Positions 51,083 through 60,947 of a DNA stretch of 64,000 nt are shown piece by piece. Each line of letters opens with the position of its first letter. Within the stretch, counting starts at the first letter, position 1. This DNA comes from a virus. Location: the IMG/VR virus record IMGVR_UViG_3300026484_000157, positions 1 to 64,000 of that record; one strand, written 5' to 3'. The position numbers and the translations under genes were made by a program. A model generated the notes under the pieces. The model had not been told where the DNA came from and searched no databases. It was given only the letters and a program-made list of their open reading frames with translations.

Positions 51083-52060
51083 ATGGCAACAACTCAAGAT
51101 ACACTTGATCAACTGTCAGGTCAACTAGGAAACTTAGTTTCTGAAACACAAGACTTAAACAGTGAGTATAGTGATAAAATTAGTGCTATAAGAGGATTTA
51201 CTAATCCAACTGCAGGTACATTCAAGCTAAACGATGGAACAGAAGTTCCTAACTATGTTAAGGCAATGCAGAACTTTGAGAATGGTTATGATACTAGACT
51301 CAGTAACATTGAGAATATGGATATCATAGATGATACGAATGGCAAAATAAAATCTGTGACTCAAGGTGTCCCAAATAACTATAAGTATTCATTTATGGTA
51401 AATGGAGATTATGATACTTATTACCCAGTCTTAGTAGGAGTAGTTTCAGATGGTGCATCAAGAGATGTGGCTGGTACTTATACAATAAGTAGACACTACT
51501 CGAATACTGCACCTTACGAGTGGAATAATTCGAGTACCCACCATGCTACACTGAATTTCCAATGGGAAGCATCAGACCACAACTGGGATGCTGGTATTAA
51601 TATTGCTAGAGTTATCCATCATAGTACTGTTTATCAAAGAACAGTTGCAAACTTTTCAACTGGACCAAGTATGTCGGCTGGTGTACATGTGGTATGGCTT
51701 AGAGGTGGTGGTGCAGTTTACTATCTAACATGTCCTTATAAGATGACTATTCACAATGAGTCTGAATGGGATAAATATGATAATGATGAGAACAAGACTG
51801 TTCGAATGTGTGGTGTTGGTCAGGTAGTAATCTTAGATAGCATTCCAGATGATAAAACATCTTCTGATACATTTACAATAGAAAAATATGCTAGAGACGA
51901 TGGACCTCAGAGAGGTAATATAGTTTGTGCATATAAAAAAGATCAAGTTTACGACGGTGAGTGGAAACCATTTAATTTTCTATATAGCAATGAAGATAAT
52001 GAATATGCCCTTACAACAAGAAAAGCATACACTGGTGGTATGTATAAATTATTCTCATAA
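51083..52060 (+). CDS. Tail fibre/receptor-binding protein
   Basis: N-terminal coiled coil, G..DTYYPV and VWLRGGG..Y motifs; followed by a fibre chaperone. Confidence 0.6.
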   Translation: MATTQDTLDQLSGQLGNLVSETQDLNSEYSDKISAIRGFTNPTAGTFKLNDGTEVPNYVKAMQNFENGYDTRLSNIENMDIIDDTNGKIKSVTQGVPNNYKYSFMVNGDYDTYYPVLVGVVSDGASRDVAGTYTISRHYSNTAPYEWNNSSTHHATLNFQWEASDHNWDAGINIARVIHHSTVYQRTVANFSTGPSMSAGVHVVWLRGGGAVYYLTCPYKMTIHNESEWDKYDNDENKTVRMCGVGQVVILDSIPDDKTSSDTFTIEKYARDDGPQRGNIVCAYKKDQVYDGEWKPFNFLYSNEDNEYALTTRKAYTGGMYKLFS

Positions 52061-52071
52061 AGGAAAAACCA

Positions 52072-52479
52072 ATGATTATACCTAAAATAGAAAAAGATGG
52101 ATATATAGCATATAATGTGCCATATCAATATGCATTAGATAATGGACTGATTTCACAAGAGGAATTCTCAATTATCGAGAAGGGAATCAAAAAGAGTTCT
52201 GGTATTGCATCGTTGAATCAAAACAGAACAATAGAGACAAAACAAATTACTGTTGAACTTTCAAATGGTGCTATTTTAAATGGTGATGAAACATCACAAT
52301 CAAGAATCAGTAGAGCAGTACTGGGTTTACCTGATAATGAAACTGAAATCCCTTGGATTGATGCATCTGGTGAGGCAGTAATGCTTACAAAACCAGATTT
52401 ACAAGAAGCCTTAACTTTAGCAGGTGCAAAACAAACTGAAATTTTCACAAAATATGCACAGCTCAAGGCAGAGCTGTAA
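52072..52479 (+). CDS. Tail fibre assembly protein (DUF4376-like)
   Basis: GDETSQSRI.RA, W.DA, L.EAL.LA...Q. Confidence 0.7.
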   Translation: MIIPKIEKDGYIAYNVPYQYALDNGLISQEEFSIIEKGIKKSSGIASLNQNRTIETKQITVELSNGAILNGDETSQSRISRAVLGLPDNETEIPWIDASGEAVMLTKPDLQEALTLAGAKQTEIFTKYAQLKAEL

Positions 52480-52480
52480 C

Positions 52481-52669
52481 ATGAAGAAGATACTGATCCT
52501 TTCACTATTGATAGCATCAGCTATCTTTAGTGGTTGTGCTAAAAACACATTAGAAATTTCTAAGTGTAGCAAATATGAAAATGGTATCTGTGTTACAAAA
52601 GATAAACACACTGTTATCAGATGTGAAGAACCTACAATAATAGGTAAAGAAACATACTGTAACAAATAA
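52481..52669 (+). CDS. Small Cys-rich lipoprotein
   Basis: MKKILILSLLIASAIFSG-C lipobox; four further Cys; start moved from 52424 to 52481. Confidence 0.75.
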   Translation: MKKILILSLLIASAIFSGCAKNTLEISKCSKYENGICVTKDKHTVIRCEEPTIIGKETYCNK

Positions 52670-52673
52670 TTCT

Positions 52674-52713
52674 AATGTTCTCCAATTAACTATAAAAAGT
52701 TAAGGAGAACATT
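52674..52713 (+). promoter_or_regulatory. Stem-loop occluding the GGAG RBS of the 52717 gene
   Basis: AATGTTCTCC/GGAGAACATT plus inner TTAACT/AGTTAA, loop ATAAAA. Confidence 0.7.
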
Positions 52714-52716
52714 TCA

Positions 52717-53256
52717 ATGAATTTGCACTTCCCCAATTATAAAAATCAAGAATTAGTAGAGATTAAAGTTGCTCTATTTAAAGCACAAACACTAATACCA
52801 TCGAAAGCTATTACATTATGGACAAAAGCACATAAACCGCATAATTATTCACATACTGAGATTGTATTTTCTTCTGCAATATACTTTGGTCATGATGTTG
52901 AATCACAAACTATAAAATTCAAGGATAAACCAGATACGACTGAAGAAGTCGATTATTATATAATTAAGATACCTAAGGAATTAGAACAAACAGCATTCCA
53001 ATTTGCTCAGGATCATGATGGTGCAAAGTATGATTGGTTGGGTATAACTATGACACAGTTCATAAACTTAGGTATGAACTCGACTTATAAATGGTTTTGT
53101 TCTGAAATAGTAGTGAGATTATTACAAATTATGGGGTTTTATCCACTCTTTGAAGAACAAGCACACAAAATTTCACCATATGGATTACACAAAAGATTGG
53201 ATCTTTTAGCTCAAAAATTTCCACAATATGTCCGATTCCAAAAAGGAGACTATTAA
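52717..53256 (+). CDS. Permuted papain-like NlpC/P60 (YiiX/YaeF-like) protein
   Basis: YSHTE, KYDWLG, WFCSE, SP..L. Confidence 0.8.
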   Translation: MNLHFPNYKNQELVEIKVALFKAQTLIPSKAITLWTKAHKPHNYSHTEIVFSSAIYFGHDVESQTIKFKDKPDTTEEVDYYIIKIPKELEQTAFQFAQDHDGAKYDWLGITMTQFINLGMNSTYKWFCSEIVVRLLQIMGFYPLFEEQAHKISPYGLHKRLDLLAQKFPQYVRFQKGDY

Positions 53257-54173
53257 TGGCAACATATGCAGAATTAGCCCAAATGCAACAAGCTATGGAA
53301 GATTTACAGAAATCTGGTGGATTCGCTACCATAAAGGAAATGATACAGGAAGAGCTTACTGCAAACCCATCATTAACTGTTAGTGACAAAAATCCAACAA
53401 TAACAAGTAATCCTACTTCAAAAGAGAAACCACGATATTGGGTTAACACTTCAACTGGAGAATACTTTGTACAAACTGATGATACGAAAGATTTGAATAA
53501 ATGGATTGGACAATTAGGAACAGTAATTGAGCCAACATTTACAATTCAAGATATAAATCCATCCAAATTGGAATTTCATTTTAACATGAATAAAGTTCCG
53601 AGCCAAAAAATATTAGATACAACTAGTAAATACTATGGTTATGTTAAGAATGGATATATAAGAAGAGGAATTGAGGGTAGAGCATTATTCTTCAAAAGAA
53701 ACGGATCAATGACAATTCAAGGATCTAATAATCTACCTCTAAATAAAGAATTAACAATATCTTATTGGGTACTTCCTTTAACATTCCATGGCAGACAAAA
53801 CCATTTACAAAAAGATTATGGATCAGAGTTCGCTATAACTCAAGAACAAAATGGATCAGTTTCGTTTTATCATGGTGACACACATTCGACATACAATGGG
53901 TTTCATACTGATCTAAAACTAGACAAAGTAAAATGGAATCATATACTGATAAAACGAAAGGATCTAAATGAGGTAGAAATCAAAATCAATGGAGTTGTGG
54001 CAAATATATCATTTGAAACTCATGATCCTAAAGAGATCGATTTGTCTAACGAAAATATCATAGTTGGTAATGGTTATGCAGGTGGATATTATGGTTACAT
54101 AGATGACCTATTTTTATTTTCAAGAATAACCACTGATCAAGAAGATCATATATTATATAATAGGAGAAAATAA
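53256..54173 (+). CDS. LamG/concanavalin A-like domain virion protein
   Basis: G..G.AL.F, LTISYW, WNHI, ING, G.IDDL.LF.R. Confidence 0.8.
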   Translation: MATYAELAQMQQAMEDLQKSGGFATIKEMIQEELTANPSLTVSDKNPTITSNPTSKEKPRYWVNTSTGEYFVQTDDTKDLNKWIGQLGTVIEPTFTIQDINPSKLEFHFNMNKVPSQKILDTTSKYYGYVKNGYIRRGIEGRALFFKRNGSMTIQGSNNLPLNKELTISYWVLPLTFHGRQNHLQKDYGSEFAITQEQNGSVSFYHGDTHSTYNGFHTDLKLDKVKWNHILIKRKDLNEVEIKINGVVANISFETHDPKEIDLSNENIIVGNGYAGGYYGYIDDLFLFSRITTDQEDHILYNRRK

Positions 54174-54763
54174 TGCTTATAAGATATTTCCCAGAACTAT
54201 TAATGGTACAATATGAACCAAATAGAGAAGAAGACACAACTGCCAAACCATTTATTCCAACATTTACGGTTGAGGATATAGCAGTTGATGACGAACATGC
54301 CTATGCTAAAGTCTTTGGTAACATTGACGATTTTAAATCTATGAATGCAGATTATGAGGAAATTGACTCAATCCCAGACTCAACTACCTACCTGACTGAT
54401 CCAAAGTTTGGATTACCTTCTGATATGAACACATTCTTCAAACTAAGAACAAGAGAAAGAATAACATCAGAAGTAGGTGATGAATGGGATTTGATTGCAG
54501 ATATATCAAAAAGATTAACTATGTCTGAGAGATTAATCACTTTATTGGCTCTTGAACTTATAAATAACTTGCCTGATCAAGTACCAGAAACTAAGAATAA
54601 ATATCAAGCACTATTGGAACAATATAGAATGGTACTGCTTAATTCTCAAGAATTAGACATAGCCGATCTAGAAAACCCAATTCAACTGTTTTCGAAATTA
54701 CTAGATAGATCGATCAAGATTACTAATATAGTAAAAGAAGATTATTTAAAATTCAAGGAATAA
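54173..54763 (+). CDS. Hypothetical protein (possible fibre chaperone)
   Basis: R..I...VGD..DLIAD..KR motif; coupled to the LamG gene. Confidence 0.55.
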   Translation: MLIRYFPELLMVQYEPNREEDTTAKPFIPTFTVEDIAVDDEHAYAKVFGNIDDFKSMNADYEEIDSIPDSTTYLTDPKFGLPSDMNTFFKLRTRERITSEVGDEWDLIADISKRLTMSERLITLLALELINNLPDQVPETKNKYQALLEQYRMVLLNSQELDIADLENPIQLFSKLLDRSIKITNIVKEDYLKFKE

Positions 54764-54767
54764 ACTC

Positions 54768-55226
54768 ATGTACACATTTGGAACAAGATCAAAAAAACAA
54801 TATAACACACTTCATCCTGATTTACAGCTAATTTTAGATGAATCAATCAAGATTTATGATTATTCTATTCTTCAAGGACTAAGAACAGAAGCTGAACAAA
54901 AAGAGATGTTTAAGACTGGTCGCTCAAAATTAGATGGTGTGACAAGAAAAAGTAAGCATCAAGGTGTGGAACACAATGGCAAGACTGTCTCAATGGCTGT
55001 AGATTTGATGCCTTATAAAAGAGGAACTAATGCTTTCAGTGGCAGAATAAAAGACAAGAATCGATTTTATTTCATGATGGGTATAATGAGATCGATTAGT
55101 GAGAGATTACTGGCAGAAGGTAAGATTACTCATAGATTAAGATTTGGTCTAGACTGGGACGGTGATGACATTTTTGAAGATCAATCATTTGATGATCTAC
55201 CACATATGGAATTAATAAAGGCATAA
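54768..55226 (+). CDS. Endolysin, peptidase M15 family (L-Ala-D-Glu type)
   Basis: LHPDL, GLRT...Q, SKH, AVDL, DW, DLPHMEL. Confidence 0.9.
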   Translation: MYTFGTRSKKQYNTLHPDLQLILDESIKIYDYSILQGLRTEAEQKEMFKTGRSKLDGVTRKSKHQGVEHNGKTVSMAVDLMPYKRGTNAFSGRIKDKNRFYFMMGIMRSISERLLAEGKITHRLRFGLDWDGDDIFEDQSFDDLPHMELIKA

Positions 55227-55227
55227 T

Positions 55228-55758
55228 ATGTTAGATAAAGAAACACTTCCTGATACTATGACTCTACAAAAGCACAATGCACAATTTGTTGTGTTAGATA
55301 AAGATAGATTAATTGAATTATTAAAGGGTTCAAATAATGTTGCAGATGCTATCGATCGCATTGATAAGATATTAGTACCAGTTACAAAATTCAGAGATGG
55401 TCTTACTACAAAAGAAGATAAGACCAATTTAGATTATTTAGTTTCAAATGCATCAGATAAAATGTATGTATATAGTACTGAAGCTACAGGAATACAATAT
55501 CCAATCACTAAAATAAAGGTTAATACGAAAGAAGGTATTAAATTAGATATTAATGGAGATGAAGCAACTATATCAATAGAAGATTATCTAAGAAAAATAA
55601 TAACTGAAAATGGTGTGATAACTATAAACGATACTAATAAGGTAACTATTACTGATACAGATACTGTGAAGGCGATAGTTAGTGATGATGGATCATTAAG
55701 TTTTGATGCATCTGATTTAGAAAAGAGGGCATTTGAATACTCTCTCATTTTTAGTTAG
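55228..55758 (+). CDS. Hypothetical protein
   Basis: 176-aa ORF. Confidence 0.6.
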   Translation: MLDKETLPDTMTLQKHNAQFVVLDKDRLIELLKGSNNVADAIDRIDKILVPVTKFRDGLTTKEDKTNLDYLVSNASDKMYVYSTEATGIQYPITKIKVNTKEGIKLDINGDEATISIEDYLRKIITENGVITINDTNKVTITDTDTVKAIVSDDGSLSFDASDLEKRAFEYSLIFS

Positions 55759-55766
55759 GAAAAATT

Positions 55767-56078
55767 ATGGCATTGAAAAATTATACTAAAATAACAGAGT
55801 CACCAAATGAAGAATTTAAAATAATAGAGAATGCAAAATCTTGCATTGCAATCAATATGATAATTCATAATGGAAATACAACAGCAAATCCAATTATAAA
55901 AGTTGCTCTCACTGATGCAAAAGGAGATACTAAGTGTATTCTAATAAATCAGAATATTGATGCAAAAGAGACAATATTCCTAGAAAATTTCAAATTATTC
56001 TTGAATGATGGGGAAAATCTAACGGTTTCATCATCTATATCAAACATTCACTTCTTGGTTTCTTGCAAGGAAGAATAA
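55767..56078 (+). CDS. Small beta-sandwich virion protein
   Basis: Resembles the N-terminal domain of 48406..48963. Confidence 0.55.
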   Translation: MALKNYTKITESPNEEFKIIENAKSCIAINMIIHNGNTTANPIIKVALTDAKGDTKCILINQNIDAKETIFLENFKLFLNDGENLTVSSSISNIHFLVSCKEE

Positions 56079-56284
56079 TGATAAAATTATCAACTAGAAC
56101 TAAATCAATATCACTAAAAAACATAGATAGTCAAAATATAACAGTAGTTTCATCAGGTGTAGCTCACTTTGATGAAACTATGGAGACTACAACTGAAAAT
56201 TTATCAAAACCTACAATCCAATTAAATAACAAAATACTTCAAATCTTAAACTTCCTACAAAAATCTGGTTTCAACTTAAAATAG
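56078..56284 (+). CDS. Hypothetical protein
   Basis: TAATG coupling gives the start at 56078. Confidence 0.55.
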   Translation: MIKLSTRTKSISLKNIDSQNITVVSSGVAHFDETMETTTENLSKPTIQLNNKILQILNFLQKSGFNLK

Positions 56285-56374
56285 TGTTTTTATTGTAGCC
56301 AGACCACAGGATTATCCTAGTACGATGGCAACTAATAGAGTTGCAAAACCAAAAATTATATAAAGGAGCCACCC

Positions 56375-57493
56375 ATGGCAACAATCGAAGAATTAGAAAC
56401 AGTACACACTGAGGAGTTATCGCCAATAACAGTTGTTAGTGCAGGAGATATCGTAGCACCAGCACCGCTTGATATCAGTAATGTAGATGTTACAAGTAAA
56501 TTTACTGCAAAAACAGTTAATGCAGGAGCAATCTCAGCATTTAGTTTAGCTACTCCAGATGAAGTTACTTATGATAAAATTTCTACTGATGAAGAAGTTA
56601 CAAATGAAACACTTAACAGAACTGCTGAAACTTTGGCACAATCAGTTAATGAGAAACTTGGTGCATGGTCAGGTGTAGTATCTACATCAGTTAACGGTTT
56701 AAGAGATGAGACAGATTCTGCAATTACTACATTAGTTGGTAATATCAATGCACAATTAACTCAATTAAAAGCTGAAGGTGATTCACAAGTTGAAGATATT
56801 AATGTACAAATTGATGCATTAATTGACGACATGAACAGCCAAATGCAAGTCATCAGAGTTAAAAATGGTGAGCAATCAGCATTAACAGCAGCAAAACTGA
56901 ATGAAGTATCTGGTCAACTTTCTGTTAATATTGAAAAAGTTAAAAACATAGCAGATAATGCACAATTAAAAATTGCAGCACTAGATGATGTTTACAAAAC
57001 TGATGCTGAAGCAGCAGCAAGAATTCAAGCAGTAAATGATCTTATCACATCTCTTAATGGTGCAGATCTGGACTTCATCCAAGCGGTTGATGGTGCGATT
57101 GATGAGCTTAATGCAATCAGCAGAATACAAGCTAAATCAGTTGTTATGAATTCATCAACTGGTGTTTATAACTTCAACACAGCAAATGAAGGTTTCGGTG
57201 AGTTCTTAGCAGCAACTGATTATGAAGTTTCTGTAGAAGTTATTGACAATGACAGAGTTGAATCAACAGTTGTAAACAAAACTGAAAATGGATTTGACAT
57301 TAGTTGTATCTCAAAAGGTGTTCATTTTAGACCACAACCACATGATGGATCAGTTACTCCAGTAACATTATCAGTTACTTTAGTATACCACAAGAGAAAC
57401 CCATTAACATTTAATGTTGATACACTTAACACTTCTTTTGTAACAGATGGTGCAGGTACTGATGAAAATACAGTAGGTGCTGAAGAAGAATAG
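56375..57493 (+). CDS. Coiled-coil fibre-like virion protein
   Basis: AAGGAG RBS, long heptads, C-terminal beta domain (NKTENGF.I). Confidence 0.6.
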   Translation: MATIEELETVHTEELSPITVVSAGDIVAPAPLDISNVDVTSKFTAKTVNAGAISAFSLATPDEVTYDKISTDEEVTNETLNRTAETLAQSVNEKLGAWSGVVSTSVNGLRDETDSAITTLVGNINAQLTQLKAEGDSQVEDINVQIDALIDDMNSQMQVIRVKNGEQSALTAAKLNEVSGQLSVNIEKVKNIADNAQLKIAALDDVYKTDAEAAARIQAVNDLITSLNGADLDFIQAVDGAIDELNAISRIQAKSVVMNSSTGVYNFNTANEGFGEFLAATDYEVSVEVIDNDRVESTVVNKTENGFDISCISKGVHFRPQPHDGSVTPVTLSVTLVYHKRNPLTFNVDTLNTSFVTDGAGTDENTVGAEEE

Positions 57494-57540
57494 CATAATT
57501 TAATATCTACCTCTTCGGTAGATATTATGCTATTCAATTC
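57491..57540 (+). terminator. Intergenic stem-loop (terminator or processing signal)
   Basis: TAATATCTACC/GGTAGATATTA stem extended by TAGCA/TGCTA; weak T-tract. Confidence 0.55.
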
Positions 57541-57560
57541 AAATAAAAGGAGAAGTAAAC

Positions 57561-58997
57561 ATGGCAATTAAAAATTATGATCAAGCCGTATCAGATGGAG
57601 ATATCTGGGTATGGGAAGCTAATGATATTGCTTCGAATAGTAGATTCAATCAAAATGTAAAATTTGCGACTGATCAACTTAATGAATTTAAAGAATTAGC
57701 AACTACTCAATTTGGGCTAGTTAAAGCTGATGTTACTGCAAACTTAACTAAAATAGAAGGACTCATCAGTAATGTTACTGAGAATCTATCTAAAATAGAG
57801 ACTAAAGTTGCGATAGAAGACTTTAATAATACAATTACTGCTATTAATAACAGTGTTACGGAGATTGTTAAAACTATCAATAATTTAGATTCTGTTTATC
57901 AAACAGATTCGGAAGCAGCAGACACTATAAATTCAGTGAATGAAGCATGGTTAAATGCTGATGGGTCACTTAGTGAAACATTAACAGCATTAGTAAACGA
58001 CAGATATAATAAATCTGAAATTGATGATAAATTGGCTATAAAAGCTAACATCTCAAATGTTTATGATAAAACAACTATGGTTGGTAAACTTTCTGCAAAA
58101 TTAGATGTAGTTGGTGGAGAAATCAAAGGTAGCATAACACCTGATGAAACTAACAGTTATGACTTAGGTAATGACAGTAAAATGTTTAAATCGGTCAATG
58201 CTATTACAGTTAATACAACAACAGTTAATGCAACGACAGTTAATGCTGAAAATCTTTATGATAAGGATGCTACAGATGACATTGCTACTGCTCTTGATAA
58301 TAAAAAAGAAGATAAAGGTGTATCTTATAAAAAAGAAGACACTGATAGGTTAATTTCGGATCTAGATGATCGAAAAGCTAATAAATCTGATATTTATACA
58401 TCTGCAGAAATAGATTCTAAAATGGCAACATCAGCTTATGGTATCAAATACAAATGGGCAGATGCCGATGCAAGAGATAATCAAGCAGGTATGAAACAAG
58501 ATGAGCAAGGTGTTCAATCTGACACTAGAACAGTTTATAAATATAATGATGGTGCTTGGGAAGAATTCTATAAATTAGATGGTGTCCACAATCATGATGA
58601 TAAATATTATACTAAACCTCAATCTGATTCATTGTTAGATGGGAAAGCCGATAAATCAAAAACATTCACTAAAACTGAAGTTACTGATAAATTAGGTAGT
58701 AAAGTTGATAAAATATCTGGTAAAGGTCTTTCTACTAACGATTTTACTGATGAACACAAAACAGCATTAGATGACTGGATTAATGGTGATACAAATTTCG
58801 ATTTAACACCTGCAACAGTTGACAAACTCGGTGGTGTTAAGCCTGATGGTGCAGTTTCTACACAAGCAGATGAGAATGGTGTTATTAGTGTTACAGGTTA
58901 CAATGACTTAATTGACAATGTAGCTAAGTTAACAAGTATAGTAGCAACTCAAAATGCAACAATTTCAAAACTATGTACAAGTGTATTTAGTGACTAA
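57561..58997 (+). CDS. Tail/collar fibre protein
   Basis: Y.K.E.D repeats, HNHDDKYYTK, KVDKISGKGLSTNDFT, PAT.DKLGGVK fibre motifs. Confidence 0.75.
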   Translation: MAIKNYDQAVSDGDIWVWEANDIASNSRFNQNVKFATDQLNEFKELATTQFGLVKADVTANLTKIEGLISNVTENLSKIETKVAIEDFNNTITAINNSVTEIVKTINNLDSVYQTDSEAADTINSVNEAWLNADGSLSETLTALVNDRYNKSEIDDKLAIKANISNVYDKTTMVGKLSAKLDVVGGEIKGSITPDETNSYDLGNDSKMFKSVNAITVNTTTVNATTVNAENLYDKDATDDIATALDNKKEDKGVSYKKEDTDRLISDLDDRKANKSDIYTSAEIDSKMATSAYGIKYKWADADARDNQAGMKQDEQGVQSDTRTVYKYNDGAWEEFYKLDGVHNHDDKYYTKPQSDSLLDGKADKSKTFTKTEVTDKLGSKVDKISGKGLSTNDFTDEHKTALDDWINGDTNFDLTPATVDKLGGVKPDGAVSTQADENGVISVTGYNDLIDNVAKLTSIVATQNATISKLCTSVFSD

Positions 58998-59014
58998 TTA
59001 AGGATGGTAAGGTA

Positions 59015-59566
59015 ATGATATACGGTAAAGGTAGATATCAAAAGACTAGAAAAGATCTAATAAATCATAAAGTGGTTAATACTAAGGTAGAAACTAGAGC
59101 CGTAGAGTCATTATCTCCAACCCAATTAGATAGTTCAGGTAAATTATTATTAAGTATAAAATCAAACTGGGATGCTAAAAGAAGTCCTACTCCTTTTGAT
59201 AACTATTCGGATGGATATTCAGAAGGCTCTTTTTGGTTGAATAAGCTAGATGGATCACAATACACTTGTATTGAGACAAATAAGTTTCAAACAAAATGGG
59301 TGTTGATAAATTCTGCTTCAAGTGGAAGAGAAATTAGATCAGAAGCATTAGATGTTATACTTAATAATGAAGATATGATATTTGAAATTAATATTGACAA
59401 AATACCAAAAATTTCATCGGTATTAGAAATTAGAATAATAAACACAGTATCAATCATAAGAGGATGGCAATTAGATTTGGAACAAAGACTAATATATTTG
59501 CCATATAATAAAGAGGTTGAAAAATATATACTAGAAAACAAGGTGGAATTAATTTATGAAACATAA
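59015..59566 (+). CDS. Hypothetical virion protein
   Basis: PT..D...GY..GS.W.N....Y.C......W motif, similar to the N-terminal part of 53256..54173. Confidence 0.55.
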   Translation: MIYGKGRYQKTRKDLINHKVVNTKVETRAVESLSPTQLDSSGKLLLSIKSNWDAKRSPTPFDNYSDGYSEGSFWLNKLDGSQYTCIETNKFQTKWVLINSASSGREIRSEALDVILNNEDMIFEINIDKIPKISSVLEIRIINTVSIIRGWQLDLEQRLIYLPYNKEVEKYILENKVELIYET

Positions 59567-59621
59567 TATAACAATTGAAATATTTGTAGATTTTGAAATC
59601 ACAATTGAATTGGTGGTATAA
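59556..59621 (+). CDS. Possible 21-aa micro-protein
   Basis: MKHNITIEIFVDFEITIELVV, with AAGGTGG upstream, fills the intergenic gap. Confidence 0.3.
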   Translation: MKHNITIEIFVDFEITIELVV

Positions 59622-59623
59622 TA

Positions 59624-60010
59624 ATGGCATCTTTTAACTATAAAATCAAGGGAAAGATTACAATTTCTCAAGGTGGTGGAATTAAAATTAATCTACCACT
59701 AAAAAACATGGATGGGACTCCATTATTGGCAGATGATCTATTTGGCAAATTCTCAATAAGAAATATAAAGGAGATGGGAAAATTAGATTCTGAAGCATTA
59801 ATATATGGTGCAACTCCAATTGAATATAATGATGACATTAATATGAACAAGGCAATCATTCATTTAGAGCCAGAGAAGACTAAAGATCTAGTACCTTCAA
59901 AGAAACCATATATTTTAACATTTCAAATTTCATCTAAAAATCAACAATTAAGTAGAGAGTTTTATTTTGAACTTTCAGTAACACCAAATGGAATATATTC
60001 CATATACTAA
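59624..60010 (+). CDS. Ig-like (BppU N-terminal-like) virion protein
   Basis: I.QG......L...DG.P..., L.PE.T..L pattern. Confidence 0.5.
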   Translation: MASFNYKIKGKITISQGGGIKINLPLKNMDGTPLLADDLFGKFSIRNIKEMGKLDSEALIYGATPIEYNDDINMNKAIIHLEPEKTKDLVPSKKPYILTFQISSKNQQLSREFYFELSVTPNGIYSIY

Positions 60011-60019
60011 GGAGAAAAA

Positions 60020-60613
60020 ATGTACTTACTAAACACAGCAGACTATGTTGAGATGGATACAAAATATCCAGTAGTTTTCAGATTATCTGAAGATGCACTA
60101 GGTCTTAAAAATTGGGGAGCTACTCTATACGATATAGATAGTGGGACAACAACAGTTGTTCAAGATGTTGAATCAGTTGAGGTTGCACCATATGTTGCAG
60201 TTGCTAAACTAGATGGATATCACCCAGCAGGAACTTCAAAATTTAAACTTGACGATGTAGGACAGATAGCAACTGGAAACACTATCAGAATTGCAAATTC
60301 TATATTCAATATATTATCAGTTGAGTCAGAAGATAACTTAATAACTGTAGATAGAAGACTATCAGCAGACTTAAACCCAACAGATGATGATCCAGTTACA
60401 ATTTTACATGCAACTATTCCATCACTAATCGGTGTATATAAAATTTCTGCTTTAGCAACTGAAATTGGTAGATTCATTTTAACTATTAACAATTCTGATA
60501 ATAGTGGTCTTGTTAATCCAATCGATAATGTTATTGAAGTTGTACCTACTCTTGATTCAACTGTTGGGCAAAATGGTAGATTGAATCCAATATCTAATGG
60601 ATCAATAACTTAA
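60020..60613 (+). CDS. Hypothetical beta-rich virion protein
   Basis: AAGGAG RBS, 197 aa. Confidence 0.6.
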   Translation: MYLLNTADYVEMDTKYPVVFRLSEDALGLKNWGATLYDIDSGTTTVVQDVESVEVAPYVAVAKLDGYHPAGTSKFKLDDVGQIATGNTIRIANSIFNILSVESEDNLITVDRRLSADLNPTDDDPVTILHATIPSLIGVYKISALATEIGRFILTINNSDNSGLVNPIDNVIEVVPTLDSTVGQNGRLNPISNGSIT

Positions 60614-60628
60614 TCTAAGGAAAAAATT

Positions 60629-60946
60629 ATGACTGAAGAAAAAATAGAAAAGGGAATCAAAGAATACAACGATTGGTGGGCAAAACACAATTTTGGCACA
60701 AGAGTTAGTTTGTTTACCTTTATACTACTTTTAATAATCGTAGTTTTATATCCATTTCTAGCACCAGCAAAAGAGGTGATAGTAGATGGAGTTACAACAT
60801 TAGTAACTAAAGATATAAAACATTATGACTTAATCCTATCGACTGTAACTAATACAGCATTCTGGGGATTTGCAGTAGTAACTGTTGGTGCAAATACATT
60901 AGTGAAATTAGCTGATGCATGGGCTAAAGTGAAATCGGTAAAATAA
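60629..60946 (+). CDS. Holin (putative)
   Basis: Two hydrophobic helices, basic C-terminus, upstream of spanin-like genes. Confidence 0.55.
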   Translation: MTEEKIEKGIKEYNDWWAKHNFGTRVSLFTFILLLIIVVLYPFLAPAKEVIVDGVTTLVTKDIKHYDLILSTVTNTAFWGFAVVTVGANTLVKLADAWAKVKSVK

Positions 60947-60947
60947 G

